Positions 24,261-38,100 of a DNA stretch of 64,000 bases are shown here, in pieces. Positions within the stretch are counted from its first letter, which is position 1. The number at the start of each line of letters is the position of its first letter. A program made the position numbers and the translations under genes. The notes below the pieces were generated by a model that worked only from the letters and a program-made list of their open reading frames with translations, searched no databases and was not told the origin of the DNA. The stretch spans positions 35,590,852 to 35,654,851 of the forward strand of contig NC_133620.1 in NCBI RefSeq assembly GCF_048593235.1, in the 5' to 3' direction. The stretch is from Sminthopsis crassicaudata. Its lineage: Eukaryota.

Positions 24261-26774
24261 TTTGGAAGAGCTAATAAAGGAATTTTAAGGAGTTGTTTGT
24301 GGAATCACAGTATAGAACTCTCTCTCTTTCTCTCCTCTCCCTCTCCTTCTCTCCCTTTCTTCCTCTCTCCCTCTCTCCCTCTCTCTTCCTCTCTCTCTTC
24401 CTCCCTTTCTCCCCTTCCTTCCTCTCCCTTTTCCTNNNNNNNNNNNNNNNNNNNNNNNNNNNNNNNNNNNNNNNNNNNNNNNNNNNNNNNNNNNNNNNNN
24501 NNNNNNNNNNNNNNNNNNNNNNNNNNNNNNNNNNNNNNNNNNNNNNNNNNNNNNNNNNNNNNNNNNNNNNNNNNNNNNNNNNNNNNNNNNNNNNNNTCTN
24601 NNNNNNNNNNNNNNNNNNNNNNNNNNNNNNNNNNNNNNNNNNNNNNNNNNNNNNNNNNNNNNNNNNNNNNNNNNNNNNNNNNNNNNNNNNNNNNNNNNNN
24701 NNNNNNNNNNNNNNNNNNNNNNNNNNNNNNNNNNNNNNNNNNNNNNNNNNNNNNNNNNNNNNNNNNNNNNNNNNNNNNNNNNNNNNNNNNNNNNNNNNNN
24801 NNNNNNNNNNNNNNNNNNNNNNNNNNNNNNNNNNNNNNNNNNNNNNNNNNNNNNNNNNNNNNNNNNNNNNNNNNNNNNNNNNNNNNNNNNNNNNNNNNNN
24901 NNNNNNNNNNNNNNNNNNNNNNNNNNNNNNNNNNNNNNNNNNNNNNNNNNNNNNNNNNNNNNNNNNNNNNNNNNNNNNNNNNNNNNNNNNNNNNNNNNNN
25001 NNNNNNNNNNNNNNNNNNNNNNNNNNNNNNNNNNNNNNNNNNNNNNNNNNNNNNNNNNNNNNNNNNNNNNNNNNNNNNNNNNNNNNNNNNNNNNNNNNNN
25101 NNNNNNNNNNNNNNNNNNNNNNNNNNNNNNNNNNNNNNNNNNNNNNNNNNNNNNNNNNNNNNNNNNNNNNNNNNNNNNNNNNNNNNNNNNNNNNNNNNNN
25201 NNNNNNNNNNNNNNNNNNNNNNNNNNNNNNNNNNNNNNNNNNNNNNNNNNNNNNNNNNNNNNNNNNNNNCTTCCTTTTTCTTTTTTTCTCAAAGCTCTTT
25301 ATTCACCCTAATGTTGAGGAAGAACAGTTCATGAGATTGGATCCGGATATTGAAAATAGTCTCTGACATTGACATTTAGATCTCCTATCTTGTTCTCAGG
25401 AGCTCTCTGCAGGTAGTATGAGGTTGGTAATTTAGGATCATCATAGGATCATAGTCTTAGAACCAGAAATGACCTCATCCATCCTTTATTTCAACTCTTA
25501 TTTTACAGATGAAGAAAATGAGGTTCAATGAAGTTGAATGACTTGCACAAGATCTCCTAGACATCATGATTGACCAAGACTGATCAATCATCAATTTAAT
25601 AGGTTGTTTAGATGTGCCAGTCACTGTGCTAAGCATTAAGAAGACAAAGAAAAAGTAAAAACAATCTTTCTCCTCAAGGGTCTTCCATTTTATGGGGAAG
25701 ATGATATATACATATGCAATTGTACTTGACTGAATTGATCCACCACCTCATCTAGAGGAACCAACAAGATGTTCAAGCACTGATGCCTCCAATAGGTGAG
25801 AAGACAACCATTGAATTAATCATTTATCAGGGGCATTAAACTAGGGGAGGGAGAATCTTTAATCCAATTGAAAGGAATGAGAGCCATTGGAGGAAATGAA
25901 ATAATGCCGTTCCACATGATTTATATAGGGAATTGGTTGAGGAGACTTGTTCACACCCTCAGGGATTTATATGAAATAGCAACCCAGTTGGTAATCTAGA
26001 CCAGTTTAGGTGTAGAAGCAGTTACAATAAAATCCCTGAATGGGAAGAGCTTAGGGGAGGGTGAAGAATCTTAGTTCCTTCTCATCCTACGTTCTTTACC
26101 AGAGGATGACCCTTTGTACTTCAAAAGACTAGAAGTTTCTCCTGTATTTTGTACCCCTGATTTGGGAAGATGTTTTCTACCAAGTATTTTTACTATATCA
26201 CTTTAGTAAATCTTCATCTCTAAAATCAAATCAATCTGGCTGGCTGCTTGATATCAACTGGTAACCAGTGATAGGAAAACATGGGTGGGGGCACATAAAT
26301 TACAGTACTAGATAAAACCATCCCCAACACCTCTAGAACTCTGAGGAAGAGAATTAGCTTACCTCTGGAAATTTGGCCTTCAAATGCAAATAGGGATTGA
26401 GAAAGTAAGTCCAGAATATGTACTTCAAATACATGCATGCAGAGATAAATGTCTGTATATATCTCTATATATACATCTATATGTCTGTACATATACTTTT
26501 TATTTATGAAAAACAAATAATTAGGAGATGAAAGCTAACTTTGGAAAGTGGGTAAGTTTGGAAAGGAACTAACAATCTGGGGGACCAAGAAGAAATCTAT
26601 AGAAGGTGATGTTGGAGTTAAATCAGGGATTCCATGAAGCAGAGCTAAGAAAAGAAAACATAATGTTAGTGAATTATGTGATTTGACTACAATAGTAATA
26701 TAGGATCATAAGGTTTAGAAATCTCTTTGCATATATCATTACATTTGAGCCTTGAAATAATCCTGTGGAAACAG

Positions 26775-27035
26775 TTTGGTGGTACCATAGGGTGTAGAAT
26801 ACTGGACCTGAAGTCAGCAAAACTCATCTTCCTGAGTTCAAATCTAACTTCAGATACTTACTCAGTTTGATCCTGAGAAAGTCACTTAATCCTGTTTATC
26901 TCAGTTTCCTTATCTGTAAAAATGATCTGGAGAAGGAAATAGAAAATCACTCCAGTATTTTTGCCAAGAAAACCCAAAATGGGGTCACGAACAGTAGGAT
27001 ATCTCCAAAATGATTGAGCAACAACAACAAAAACA
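26775..27035 (+). mobile_element. Marsupial CORE-SINE with RTE-derived tail (MAR1-like)
   Basis: tRNA-like head, CORE (tcagtttccttatctgtaaaa), then ggagaaggaaatagaaaatcactccagtatttttgccaagaaaaccc...caacaacaac. Confidence 0.8.
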
Positions 27036-27486
27036 ATTTGTGAGGTGAGTACACAGCTATATAGTTTATAGACAAGGAAAGTTAAATTCCTACAGGTTAT
27101 GTGAGACAGCTAGTTGTTGCCAAGGTTCAAACCTAGACTCAGGTCCCCCAACTCTAAGCCCATCTTCTTTCCATTTTTCCAGTGCTAAGCATTAGGAATC
27201 CAGACTCTTTCCATGGTACCCAGCTGCTACTTATTTCTTGAATAGAACACTGGGAAATGCACTCTACTGAAACTTAAAAACCTTAAGATGGAATCAGATT
27301 TTACCTGTTATTTCCTGTGTGACCTTGGCTAAGTGGCTAACCTCTCTGAAATTGTGAGTGACTTCTGATTTCTTACTTCCACTTTATGGACCTCTGTTCA
27401 TGGACTTCATGTTTCTTTTTTTCTTGCCAGCTCTCTCTCCTTCATTTTGCCCTGTTCCTGCTGTCTGCCTTGTCTATTTCTAATAG

Positions 27487-27563
27487 ATGGCGGTGAGAAT
27501 TACACATGCATGGCTGAAACCTCTGCCTGGTATTTGGGTCCCGTTAACTCATTGTTATGGTGG
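27487..27563 (+). other. Candidate 77-nt exon beginning with ATG (MAVRITHAWLKPLPGIWVPLTHCYG..) or reading ..GGENYTCMAETSAWYLGPVNSLLWW
   Basis: Pyrimidine tract plus tag acceptor, and a strong donor TGG|GTAAGC. Non-repetitive, CpG-retaining context; two of three frames are open. Confidence 0.5.
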
Positions 27564-28754
27564 GTAAGCCTTCGCCGAAAGACAACAAACGGCACTCTTA
27601 CGGAAAATATCATTCTCCCTTAATGTATATTTACTAACTGTATTTATTATTCATCAGGATACGCAGTTTAAAAATGTGATTCTAGATTCCCTCACTTTTA
27701 ATCCCAAACAAATGTTAAAAGATTTATTTTTATAATAATCCCAGAATGAGAGCTAAGTAAGCCTCCCCTGAACAGAGCTTGCCAAATGGTGAATGTGAGC
27801 TCTATATATTCAAAAGGGATGCTAAATCGGTGCTTGCTCATCTTCTCTTACTGTTTGTAATGGCATATCAGTTTGCTGGGGCTCTCCATGGCTTCAGTTA
27901 CTTGGCACTTACTCTAGGGAGTGAGTATGGGGACGTACAATGGTTACCTCTCTTGTAAATGGCAGAAGAATGTAGAGGGCTTAGGGTGCAATAGCCATCC
28001 AGTCAGTGAACAAACATTTATTGTCTACTATGGGCCAACCATTGTGCTAAGCTCTAGGACTAGAAAGAGAGGCAAAAGAGCTCAAGAAGTTCACAGTCTA
28101 ATGGGGAAAACAACAACCACCACCAAAAACCCTACTGTGCACTAATAAGATCTATCCAGGATTAATTGGAGTTAATAAATACATGAGGGATAAAAGATGC
28201 TATATAATCAATGAAAGAAAATGCTACTTACTTCCTGTTTGAGTAATCAGGGAAGGCTTCCAGGAGTAGAATTTGAGCTGGGCTTTGGAGAATTTGTAAG
28301 CCATCCACATATAATGATGGAAATAACGGCAGGTAGAAGTGAAAAAGAAGACTGAGAGAATCAGCTGGGGGAGGGGTGTGATAAAATACATGGGAAATAC
28401 CATTCTAAGAATCTAAACTCAGCTGATATATGTCAATTTACTAAATAGCAAATTCAATTTACTATGCATTTATTATATAAGTTAGCGAGATTCAGTGGAG
28501 AGGGGGCTATCCTCCAATCTGAGCAAGTTTTCCTTAATTTTTCTGAGCCACAGTTTCCATATCTATAAAATGGGGGTTGCAATAATGTATTTCCTACCTT
28601 CCAGGGTTATTATGAGAGTCACATGCATTAATGTCGCTAAAGTACATTGCAGGGTTCGAAGTGGTACTATTACTATTGTATGTATTCTTCCTATCTTATT
28701 TCATAAAGTTCAGATCAAAACAGTCCTCAGACAAGTCATTGTACACTAATGTTG

Positions 28755-28912
28755 TTCTTTTATAGAGCAAAGAATATTTATAGCAGCACTTTTTGTTGTA
28801 GAAATTGGAAATTGAGGGGGATGGCCATCAATTGGGGAATATTTGAACAAGTTGTGGTATATAATTTTAATGTAATATTGTCATTCTATAAGAAATGACT
28901 AGCAGGATGATT
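28755..28912 (+). mobile_element. Degraded L1 ORF2 C-terminal fragment
   Basis: tttatagcagcactttttgttgt...ccatcaattggggaa...aagttgtggtatat matches 55995-56120 of the intact copy. Confidence 0.75.
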
Positions 28913-31900
28913 TCTTCACCTATAAAATGAGCTGGAGAAGGAAATGGCAAACCATTCTAGTTTCTTTGCCAAGAATATCCCAGGAGAAGTGACAAAGTAA
29001 GATAGAACAGAAAAATGACTGAACAACAAGTGTTGAGATATAAATTCATCTTCTGTAGGTTATTATTGCCTTTTTTGGGAGGGGTAGGTAGATCTGTGAT
29101 TTCACTGATGGAGGGAACTTCATGGTGAGGAATCCCTATTTCTACCAATGGAATGAGAGACTACTCTGGATGGAGAGTCTTAGAAGAATTTCCTGAAGGT
29201 GCTGTGGGGTTAGTTGACTTGCTCAGGGTTATTATAATAGAGAACAGGCTTGAATTCAGATCTTCCTGCCTTTTATGATGAATTTCTATCCACTCTACTA
29301 AGACATGTAAATAAATAAAGTTTATGCCAGTTTGAACATGATTATTGGACCAGAGAGATAAAAAATGCTTTGAGATCAAAGGAGAGAAACATTACCTGCA
29401 GTTGGGGGAGTCAGGGAAGGCTTCTTAGAAGAGGCAGCATTTGGAGTGGACCCTAAAGAATTGGGAAGATAACCAGTCAAAAACTTCAGAGGAACTAAAT
29501 TCTCTTTTCTTATATCAGCAGTAATATTGGGCTGGAGCACTTAAGCGTGGGCTTGGTATAACTGGACGTGACTAACAATAATCAAAGGCAAGCTCCTATT
29601 CAAAACATGAGTAGGTGGGTACTTGCTTACCCTCTCCTTGATCCAATTATGTAACCACCAGGGCCAGGCTCTAAGGAAAGGGAAACTGGCTGGTTTCTCA
29701 TCCTTGCTATGACTATAGGTGGATGCTATTTTTGGACTTTTCCCCAGGAATATGAAAGTCCTTGGGTTAACAGCTTAAACTTCCAGATCCGCCCCCCCCT
29801 TTTTTTAAAATAAAATTGTCCATGTTTATATGTTTCTGATATTTAGGGAAATTTCACATCTACTAGATCACTCTGTCTCTATACAAAGACATTTTGCACT
29901 TAAATACTCATGTCATTCATCCTTTATAATATTAATAATTAAAATCGAATCTACATGCATGGCAGAATCAGAGGTGGCTCACAATAAAATTCCTTGTTTA
30001 TTATTATCATTTTAACATTGAACAACTGCTCCATCCCACTCATTATTACAACTGATATGAAAGGCTAGCATTAAAGTTGTACTTGGCCTGAGATAGTATT
30101 TTCTTGTAATCTTAGCACTTAGCACAGGGCCTGGCAATAGTAAGTGCTTAATAAATGCTTCTCGACTGAATGAGGTATTTCATCTCTTATGTCCAAGTCA
30201 AGGCTTAGAAATTATATCTTTTAAAATTGAAAATCATACCTCACTGTGGACTGCCACTAACCATGGGCATGAAATCTTTATTGACATCACAAAATAGTTG
30301 TCTACTCATCATGGATGATGATTAGCTAATCCAATCTCCTCATTTTACAGATGAGGAAACCAAGGCCCCAAAAGAATTAAGAAATTTCTTCAAGGTCACA
30401 CAGGTTCTAAATGGAAGAGCTGGCTTTAAAATGGAGGTCCTCTGATTCCATACATATCATGTATAAAATATTTTGGTTTTATCATTATATTCAAAAACAA
30501 TATAAACTGATAGATGAGATATAGGTTATTAATCTAACTTCATGTCATAACCTGAATGAGAGACATTATCATCCACTTGGTTGTGGATATTTGGATAGTT
30601 AAACCAAACTCTCTTGAATGATTATATATCTCATCCAAGAGGCAATATAGTAGTCTGGGGTGTGATGTAACCAGTCCGATGTCATACACAAACAGGAGCA
30701 TCAAGAATCACCATGTGTAGAGAATCATTTTTCAACCTGGCAATGAATTTTCTCCATGGTAGCATAAATACCTTGGGTTTGGAATATATATTTTCCTCTT
30801 TTTCGCTTTGCCTGACATTAATAATTATGATGTTATTAAATTAATTTGTCTCAGTTGTTAAATCTTTCAAGAAATCTTAAATACATGCATGGGAGATAGC
30901 TTTTATTAATATTATGAAACAATAAGCAAAAAATCCCATTAAATTGTGATTCTTGAATCAACTTCTAATCGTAGTACAGTAGGTAACTTTGTGTCTGCAT
31001 TTGCCTATGCCTAATCTTGGTTAAAAGGAGAAATAGCAAGCTCGAGAGATTACTGATCTTTTAATCAAAACATCCCTTTGCTGCCATTCTCTGGAGGAAT
31101 TCAGGCTTTTAAGATAATAGATTGGGTCCCCCCATTTCCATTGGACTGAATAAATTAAAGCAAACCTCCAATTTATGTGACTATGAATATTCTGAAATTT
31201 GGTGGATCAAAGATGGAGCTATATTTGCATGCAGACGGAAGCAAAGGGACTGTCCCTGTCTACCACACCTCCCTCCCCCCCTCAAGAAGTTATGATTAGT
31301 TCTTAAAATAAAGCATTTTTAAAGTATTTGCATGTGTTTGGAGTGGTATGATGGAATGAAAAAGCAGATATGATCCCTAGTTCAATTTAAAATATAACCT
31401 AATCATACAACTAATTGCATAACAAAAAGACAATGATTGAGATTGAACAATCAAATTAACCTAAAGGATTTGTCTTATTTCTGTAATTGAGCAATTTTTA
31501 AAAGAAAATATCAAAGTAATACTGGAAAACTTCTACTTAAAACTTAAAAAATCAGATAGTAAACAACTTCACCCCTTTATTATTGAACTATTCTTTTGAT
31601 CTCCATCTATAGCCTTTAAGTTGAAAGCTACTATTTCTTCTTTTCTGGCAGACTTCCCATTGACTGGAGCCTGCCAAGTTTCTTCTTCTGGCCATGGGTA
31701 AAACTATTCCCCTACTATGAGAATCTTAAGTGACATGACCTCCAAATTCTTACCCTAGGTAAGGTTTTTAGCAGTTGATGTAAGAATTAAATGGACATCA
31801 TTGAGCATCTTTTGTAGAATATGGAAACCCGTAATGAATGTCAGTGGAATCATAAAAAACCATTTGTAAATTATTTTGAAAAGAATTGTTTCAACTATAA

Positions 31901-33813
31901 AACAAGAAGTGAAGAAGACAAATGGAAGCATCTGTGAGAGGGCATTACTATAGTGATAACACAGAGACCAGAAGGCTTACAGTAGTGATTCTATTCATGC
32001 CCAAACAGAAAAATATGGAGGGACTACTGTTGTGTTGATCCTTTACCCTAATTTGTTGGTCTTTCTTGGGTTGTGGAAGCAAAGAAAGGTGGAGTGAGGA
32101 ATTGGAGGGGGATGGGAATTCTTAGATAATGTAGATCAGTGTTTGCCAAACTAATCTGGCCCACAGAACACTTCTCCACTTGAAAAATGCTGATAAATCC
32201 CATAAATATCATTCTGTGGCATCTGGAAAGTATGGAATACCTCCTAGGATAAAGAGAATTGAAGCGAATTAGGGGCAAAAATCAAGGAAATTAAGCCCAT
32301 TTTTTCATACAAAAATTCTGCACATGATAAATATTTTGATATATTTTTTCATATTTATTATTTTGGAGTGGAAAAAAGTGTTGACATTTTCCTTGTGGAA
32401 TTCCTATTCCTAGCTCATTAAATAAGGTGGGGTGATACAGTAGAAAAAACATTGAATGAGGAGCTGGGAAACATGGGTTCTGGGATTGTTTTTTTGCTGC
32501 TGAATGTCACTGTGACTCTGAGCAAGGATCTGCCTCCCTCTGTGTGCCTTATTTTCCTCATCTGCAGAAGAAAGGATTTGCACTGAAGAGATACTTTCAA
32601 AGTTCTCTTTTAGCTCTGAGATTCTATGACTAATCTTCACCTTTGGATACAATAAAACAGTTTGGAAGATGGGCATAGGAGATATACAGTTCACATGTGA
32701 ATGGGTATATTTATAGATTATATATAATTTGCATATATATGTGATCTTTGTGATTATATGTATGTATTCATTCACATTGTATACTAGTAATTTTTTTTAT
32801 ATTGTGGGGATTAAAATTATCCCACCTATAATAAAAGAGACTGAGATAGAGCCTATGACACTTTATTAAATGATCCATGGGCCCATTTAATGAAGTGGGC
32901 TTCAGACCTTCTTTAGGTTCTGAGATGCCATCTCTTTCCAGGTTTCTATTTTTATAGGGCTGGATGTCTAGACATTCAAGATTATGGAATAATTCTATTG
33001 ATTGACATAATCACATAAAACAAAATAAGCAAAATAATATGTCAATAGGATCACAAATGGGGTGAAGCAAGGGATATCTCCATATAAGATTGGGAAGCTT
33101 CTCCTTAAGCGGGGCAGGAGGAAATTGTACAAGCTATCACAGTCAATGACCCAAGTGATGGTCACTTGCTACTATTGGACAAGAGATTGGTCCAAAGGTA
33201 CAAAAATATTTTGGAGAACTTTCTATATAGTCAAGTCACTTCCACCACACTGGACTTGTTCACCATGACAAGGAAAAACAAGGATGGAGGGCTTTTAATT
33301 AATTTCCTGTAGTTAAGCAAGTGAATTTATAATCTTCAGCTCACAGATCAGGAGCCTTATATATTGATATGTTTCTATCAAATTGATTAATACTAGTTGG
33401 AAAAGAGTAGGGATCCAAATGAATTATTTCTCACAATATTCTTGTTATTAGGTATCTAAATGACCAGACAGGTATAGAACATTGTATATTTTATGCTTTT
33501 CTTAGTGTTGTAAGAGTGTGGATGAAAATTAACTGGCTATTATAATTGAAAGCACCAGTATTTCAGAGATCTCTGAACTAAACCCCTAAATTTCTACATT
33601 TTGGATTGTGATTGGAAGGGACCTTAATAACCATTTGGTTCAACTAAACCAGATGTCCCTCTAATAGATTACATTGCATTATGTTACAACATAGTTGATT
33701 CATTCTGTCATCCAGCCTTTGTCTGAATTCCTCTAGTGATGGGGAATACACCTAATCCTGAGGCTACCCATTTCACTTTGGGACACCTCTAGTCATTAGA
33801 AAGTTTTCCCTTA

Positions 33814-34163
33814 GAAATGAGTGTAAACTGTGAGCATTGTTTTTTTTTTTAGTTTTATTTTGTTTTTCTTCCCAGATTATTTTTAGCTTCCGAATACAAT
33901 CCTTCCTTTGCAACAACAACAACAACAAAATTCGGTTCTGCACATACATATTGTACCTAGGATATACTATAAGATATTTAATACGTATGGGAATGCCTGC
34001 CATCTAGGGGAGGGGGTGGAGGGAAGGAGGGGAAAAATTCGGAACAGAAGGGAGTACAAGGGATAATGTTGTTTTAAAAAAAATTACCTATGCATATGTA
34101 CTGTCAAAGAAAATGTTATAATTATAAAAATTAATAAAAATAAATAAATAAATTTTTAAAAAG
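33814..34163 (+). mobile_element. Short 5'-truncated L1 (3'UTR only) with 13-bp TSD
   Basis: Matches 56336-56610 of the full-length copy (gggataatgttgt..., tgcatatgtactgtcaaa...). Flanked by AAGTTTTCCCTTA at 33801-33813 and 34164-34176. Confidence 0.9.
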
Positions 34164-34929
34164 AAGTTTTCCCTTATATCAAAACTAAGTTTATCTCTTT
34201 GTCACATCTGCCTACTGTTTCTGTTTCTATTTTTTTTAATCTTATCTATAACTGGGGATAATAATAACACCTACTTCTCAGATGCATCCTGAGGATTAAA
34301 TGAGATAATATTTGTAAAATTCCTTGCAAACCTTGATGAGCTATACAAATGTTGGTGATTGTTATTATTATTGATGTTGTTATTGTATTTTTTTTTTTTA
34401 TTATGGAGGCAAAACAGTACAAATCCAATCCTTCAGCACGGTACATTGAGAGAAGTCTGAGTCAGCTCTGGAGTCAGAGGTCTTCAGTTCATATCTTGTC
34501 TGTATGACGTTGGGCAAGTCACTTAACTTTTCCCCATCTGTAAAATGAGGTGGGGGGGACTGGAAGGCTTCTGAGACCCTTTTCAGTTTGAAATCTCTGA
34601 TTTTTCAGTTCTTTCATGTGAGGGATTTTCATTTTAATAGACGATGAAACTAATCTGAGAGAGTGTCTTAGGTCATAAAGCTAGAGAAATAGAATATAAA
34701 ACTCTGATCTGGCTAAGGGATAGATTTCATGATTCCCATTTCAATGACAGAGTAATGCTTCTTACACCCAACGCTATTGATTCCTTAAAGACATAAAACA
34801 GATTTTTACATTTTTAGTCAATTTTTTTGTATTTTGAGCTTTTTATACTTGGGTTATGAGCCCAAACCATATTTAGTTTAGGAGATAAGTTCATTACAAT
34901 GAAGCCTCTTTCCTATGCAATGAATTCTA

Positions 34930-35152
34930 TTGTTTGTTGTTCAGTCATGTCTAACTCTTCATGACCCCATTTGGGGTTTCTTGGCAAAGATATTGAAGTA
35001 CTTTGTCATTTTCTTCTGCAGCTCATTTTACAGATGAGGAAACTGAGGTAGAGTTAAGTGACTTGCCTTGGGTCACCCAGCTAATAAGTATATTAGGATT
35101 TAAAATTTTTAACCCCTGGCTAGCCCTCTGTTCACGGTTGCACCTAGCTGCA
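34930..35152 (-). mobile_element. MAR1-like CORE-SINE
   Basis: Reverse RTE tail (gttgttcagtcatgtctaactc...ttggcaaagat) plus CORE (ttttacagatgaggaaactgagg). Confidence 0.8.
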
Positions 35153-38100
35153 ACAAATTAGCAGGCCCAGAAAAAGAGAAAAGTAAATTAGAGGGCAAAA
35201 AGTATAAATGAAACATTATTTCTCCAAAGTTGTTTTATTGCTTGCCAAGAAAATATCTTTTAGGAGATGGACTGAAAATGGAGAGGTTTTCCCAGTGAGC
35301 ATCTGAACTGCAGCAGATTTGTAGATATTATTGGCTTTCCTCGACATCAAATGCAAACGGTGTGAAAGATGATGGAGGTGCTCAAACAGAAATGGGGAAT
35401 GGAAATGAGCAAATAGGAGATCGTGCTCAATAAAAACACAAAATGATAATCAGAATAAATGAGACCTTCAGTGCACAAGTGGGAGAAAATCAGCTAGAAA
35501 CATCTGTTCAGGTGAGACTGAAATTAAGAGAATAATCAGGCTCCGTTTGTGTGCACGTGGAAGGAGGTTGCAAAAGATGTGATGAGGAACATCACCAAGG
35601 AGGACTGTGCTAAGTCATCTGATGGGGTAGAGTTTATACTTTCATTATGGGCGGGTCTTGTCAATGTTATGTCTTCTGGCAAATGGAGTAGAGAATTGAG
35701 ACAGAGGAAACAGCAGGGGAATGTATATGGTGGGTAAGAGGATGCCTCGATTGAAATTAAAATGCACAATGAAATATGGAAGGAAATGAGTAGTTAAGAA
35801 AATATCTCTAAGTATATCTCCCTTTTTTTGTCCTTAACCCCAATCCAGTGAAGGAAATTGCTATAGTAACAGGTCACAGAATCTGACAGAGAAAGAAACT
35901 ATTAGAATATGGAGGGGGCTTTCAAAATGAGAAAATTCAGTGAACTTGTATTTAATGAGCACCTACTGAATTAATCTTTTCAATTGAAATTTTCCTCTGT
36001 GTATGTCCTTTTCAAGACTAATCAGTCAATTAATTAAACAATTCACCAAAAAGTATTATCTTATATATTTCAGGCCTTGTGCTAAGCATTAGAGATGCAA
36101 ATGCTCTTATGCAATAAAGATCTAGTTGTAGTTGCTTTATTTAGCAGTTTTTTTAAACAAACTGAATTATGAGTAGAAGACAATAGGATTAGAAATGAGG
36201 TAGGAGATGAGGTGAGGGAGAAAGTAACACTATAGCTTGACCTATGCATAGTGACTAGTAGGGCTTGTCGTCACAAATGATTTCTGTCAGTACAAGGACT
36301 TTACAGATGGCTGTGGATCAGCTAGACCTGTATATGAGTCCATTTCAGACACATTCTTACTGAGTAACCTGTCACTTTAGTCTGTCTTGAAAACAATAAC
36401 TCTAAAACTTGTATTTTTTTTGTTCAAGGTATAGCATATATTCTTTGCTATAAGAAATCATCACAACACAGTGAACCTTTCAGTTAATATAACAAACCAG
36501 CAGATTGTATTCTTAGATGGTAATGCAGTCTAAAGGAAGCCCCAAGGGGCTATGGCTTCTAATACTATTGCTCATAAGCCCCTATATACAATATTCCATC
36601 TAATATCAAGCAAGCAAATGATATAAATTAGCTTTTACAAAAGAGAATATACTAGTAAGTTATAGCAAGTACAGGAATCATAAAGTAACCCCTCTGAATG
36701 GAGAGTGTACACTCTCTTTGCATATACAAAGTCCCTGGGGAGAATAGACTCAAATGTGAAATATGTAAGTAGTAAGGTTTGCATGTAGGGAATATGTGGG
36801 ACTCAGGAGTACCACATAGTTGCAAGATGTACCTAGATGAATAAATCTCCTTCCCTTTTCTGGCCCGGAGTACATGAAGAACACAGTAGTAGAGTGAAGA
36901 CCTGCATTATTACAATGTAGAGGAGGAAGAAACATCTGGTATGGTCTGGTCACTTTGGTGCAGTTTGCCATCAGGAAATCAGAATGATTTTGTGGGAACC
37001 ATTAACATTGGAATCATTACATACAAAATACTTTTCATAATCTGAGTGTCCCCAGAATATATTTTTATCTTTAATTGGTTAATAGTTAAATTCAGTATAG
37101 AAAATAATTTTATTTCCCTTATTTCATTGTTATTTTAGATGTGGGTGATTAGTATGAATTATAGATGTGAGTTTATGATAAAGTATGTTGAAAACTGCTG
37201 CTAATACTGACAAGAATGAGGAATTCGGAGAATACTGGAAAATACTTTATGAAATAATGCAAACTTTAAAAAAGTAGAATCTGAAGAATGAAATTCACAT
37301 ATTCTATGACCCATAAAGAAAAAAAAAGAATGAGAATCATTCAACCAATAAGTAATCAACAAACATTTGCTAAAAATCTACTATGGAGACAGGCAATGTG
37401 TTAAATGTTGGGGAATAGAAGGGCAAAGGAAGAACCCTAATGGAGATATGGAATGACTGGTGAGTTGATGTGATATTTTATATCCCAAAATTAGCAAATA
37501 AATAGAAAAAATATTAAGAAATTTAGTTGTTTGTGTTGATGTTCAAGATTAAGATTTTAATAAAATAATCACATTATTATTTATTACAATTATAATATTG
37601 TATATAATTATATTTTATTAAATTTAATATAATTAAATACTTGACATAATTATTATGCAATAATAACAATTACATAACAATAATAATAAAAAAAACAGGA
37701 GAGAGTATTGAGGTGCTTGTAATTTGTATCTTGAAAATATATTCTCTGAAAAGTCCCTATTTGCTCTAGAAGAAACTCCTAAATCCTATAAGATCAATGA
37801 TTTAGGATTAGAAGGGATCTTAGAGGCCATCAGATCTGACTCTTTAAATTTATAGATAATGAAATATATTCTCAGAGAGGTTAAATGATTTGTCCAAGAT
37901 CACACAACTAAGGTGGATCTGAGGCAAGATTTGAACTCAGGTCTTTCTAAGTCTAGCACTTTATCCACTTTACCCCTATCTACCTTTCTATGATTTACCA
38001 AAAACATGACCTACAACTGACCTAAATTCTCCTAAATATTCATGGTTCTCTTTCAACCTCAATATTTTTCATTTGTTTTTATGCAAGTACATATTTATAT

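Noticed and set aside
22579-25366. 200-360 aa ORFs at 22.6-23.5 kb and 24.3-25.4 kb
   Set aside because: Mostly X from masked bases plus low-complexity CT repeats.
32047-32178. 132-nt minus-strand exon-like segment
   Set aside because: All frames hit stops, and the cagtgtttgccaaact part resembles a hAT MITE end.
35538-35733. Open frame APFVCTWKEVAKDVMRNITKEDC... ending at a strong donor TGG|GTAAGA
   Set aside because: The upstream acceptor lacks a pyrimidine tract and the peptide is not recognised. Too weak to call, though it could be a first or non-coding exon.
36871-36940. Segment with pyrimidine tract and TG|GTATGG donor
   Set aside because: The acceptor is a rare GAG and all three frames contain stops.
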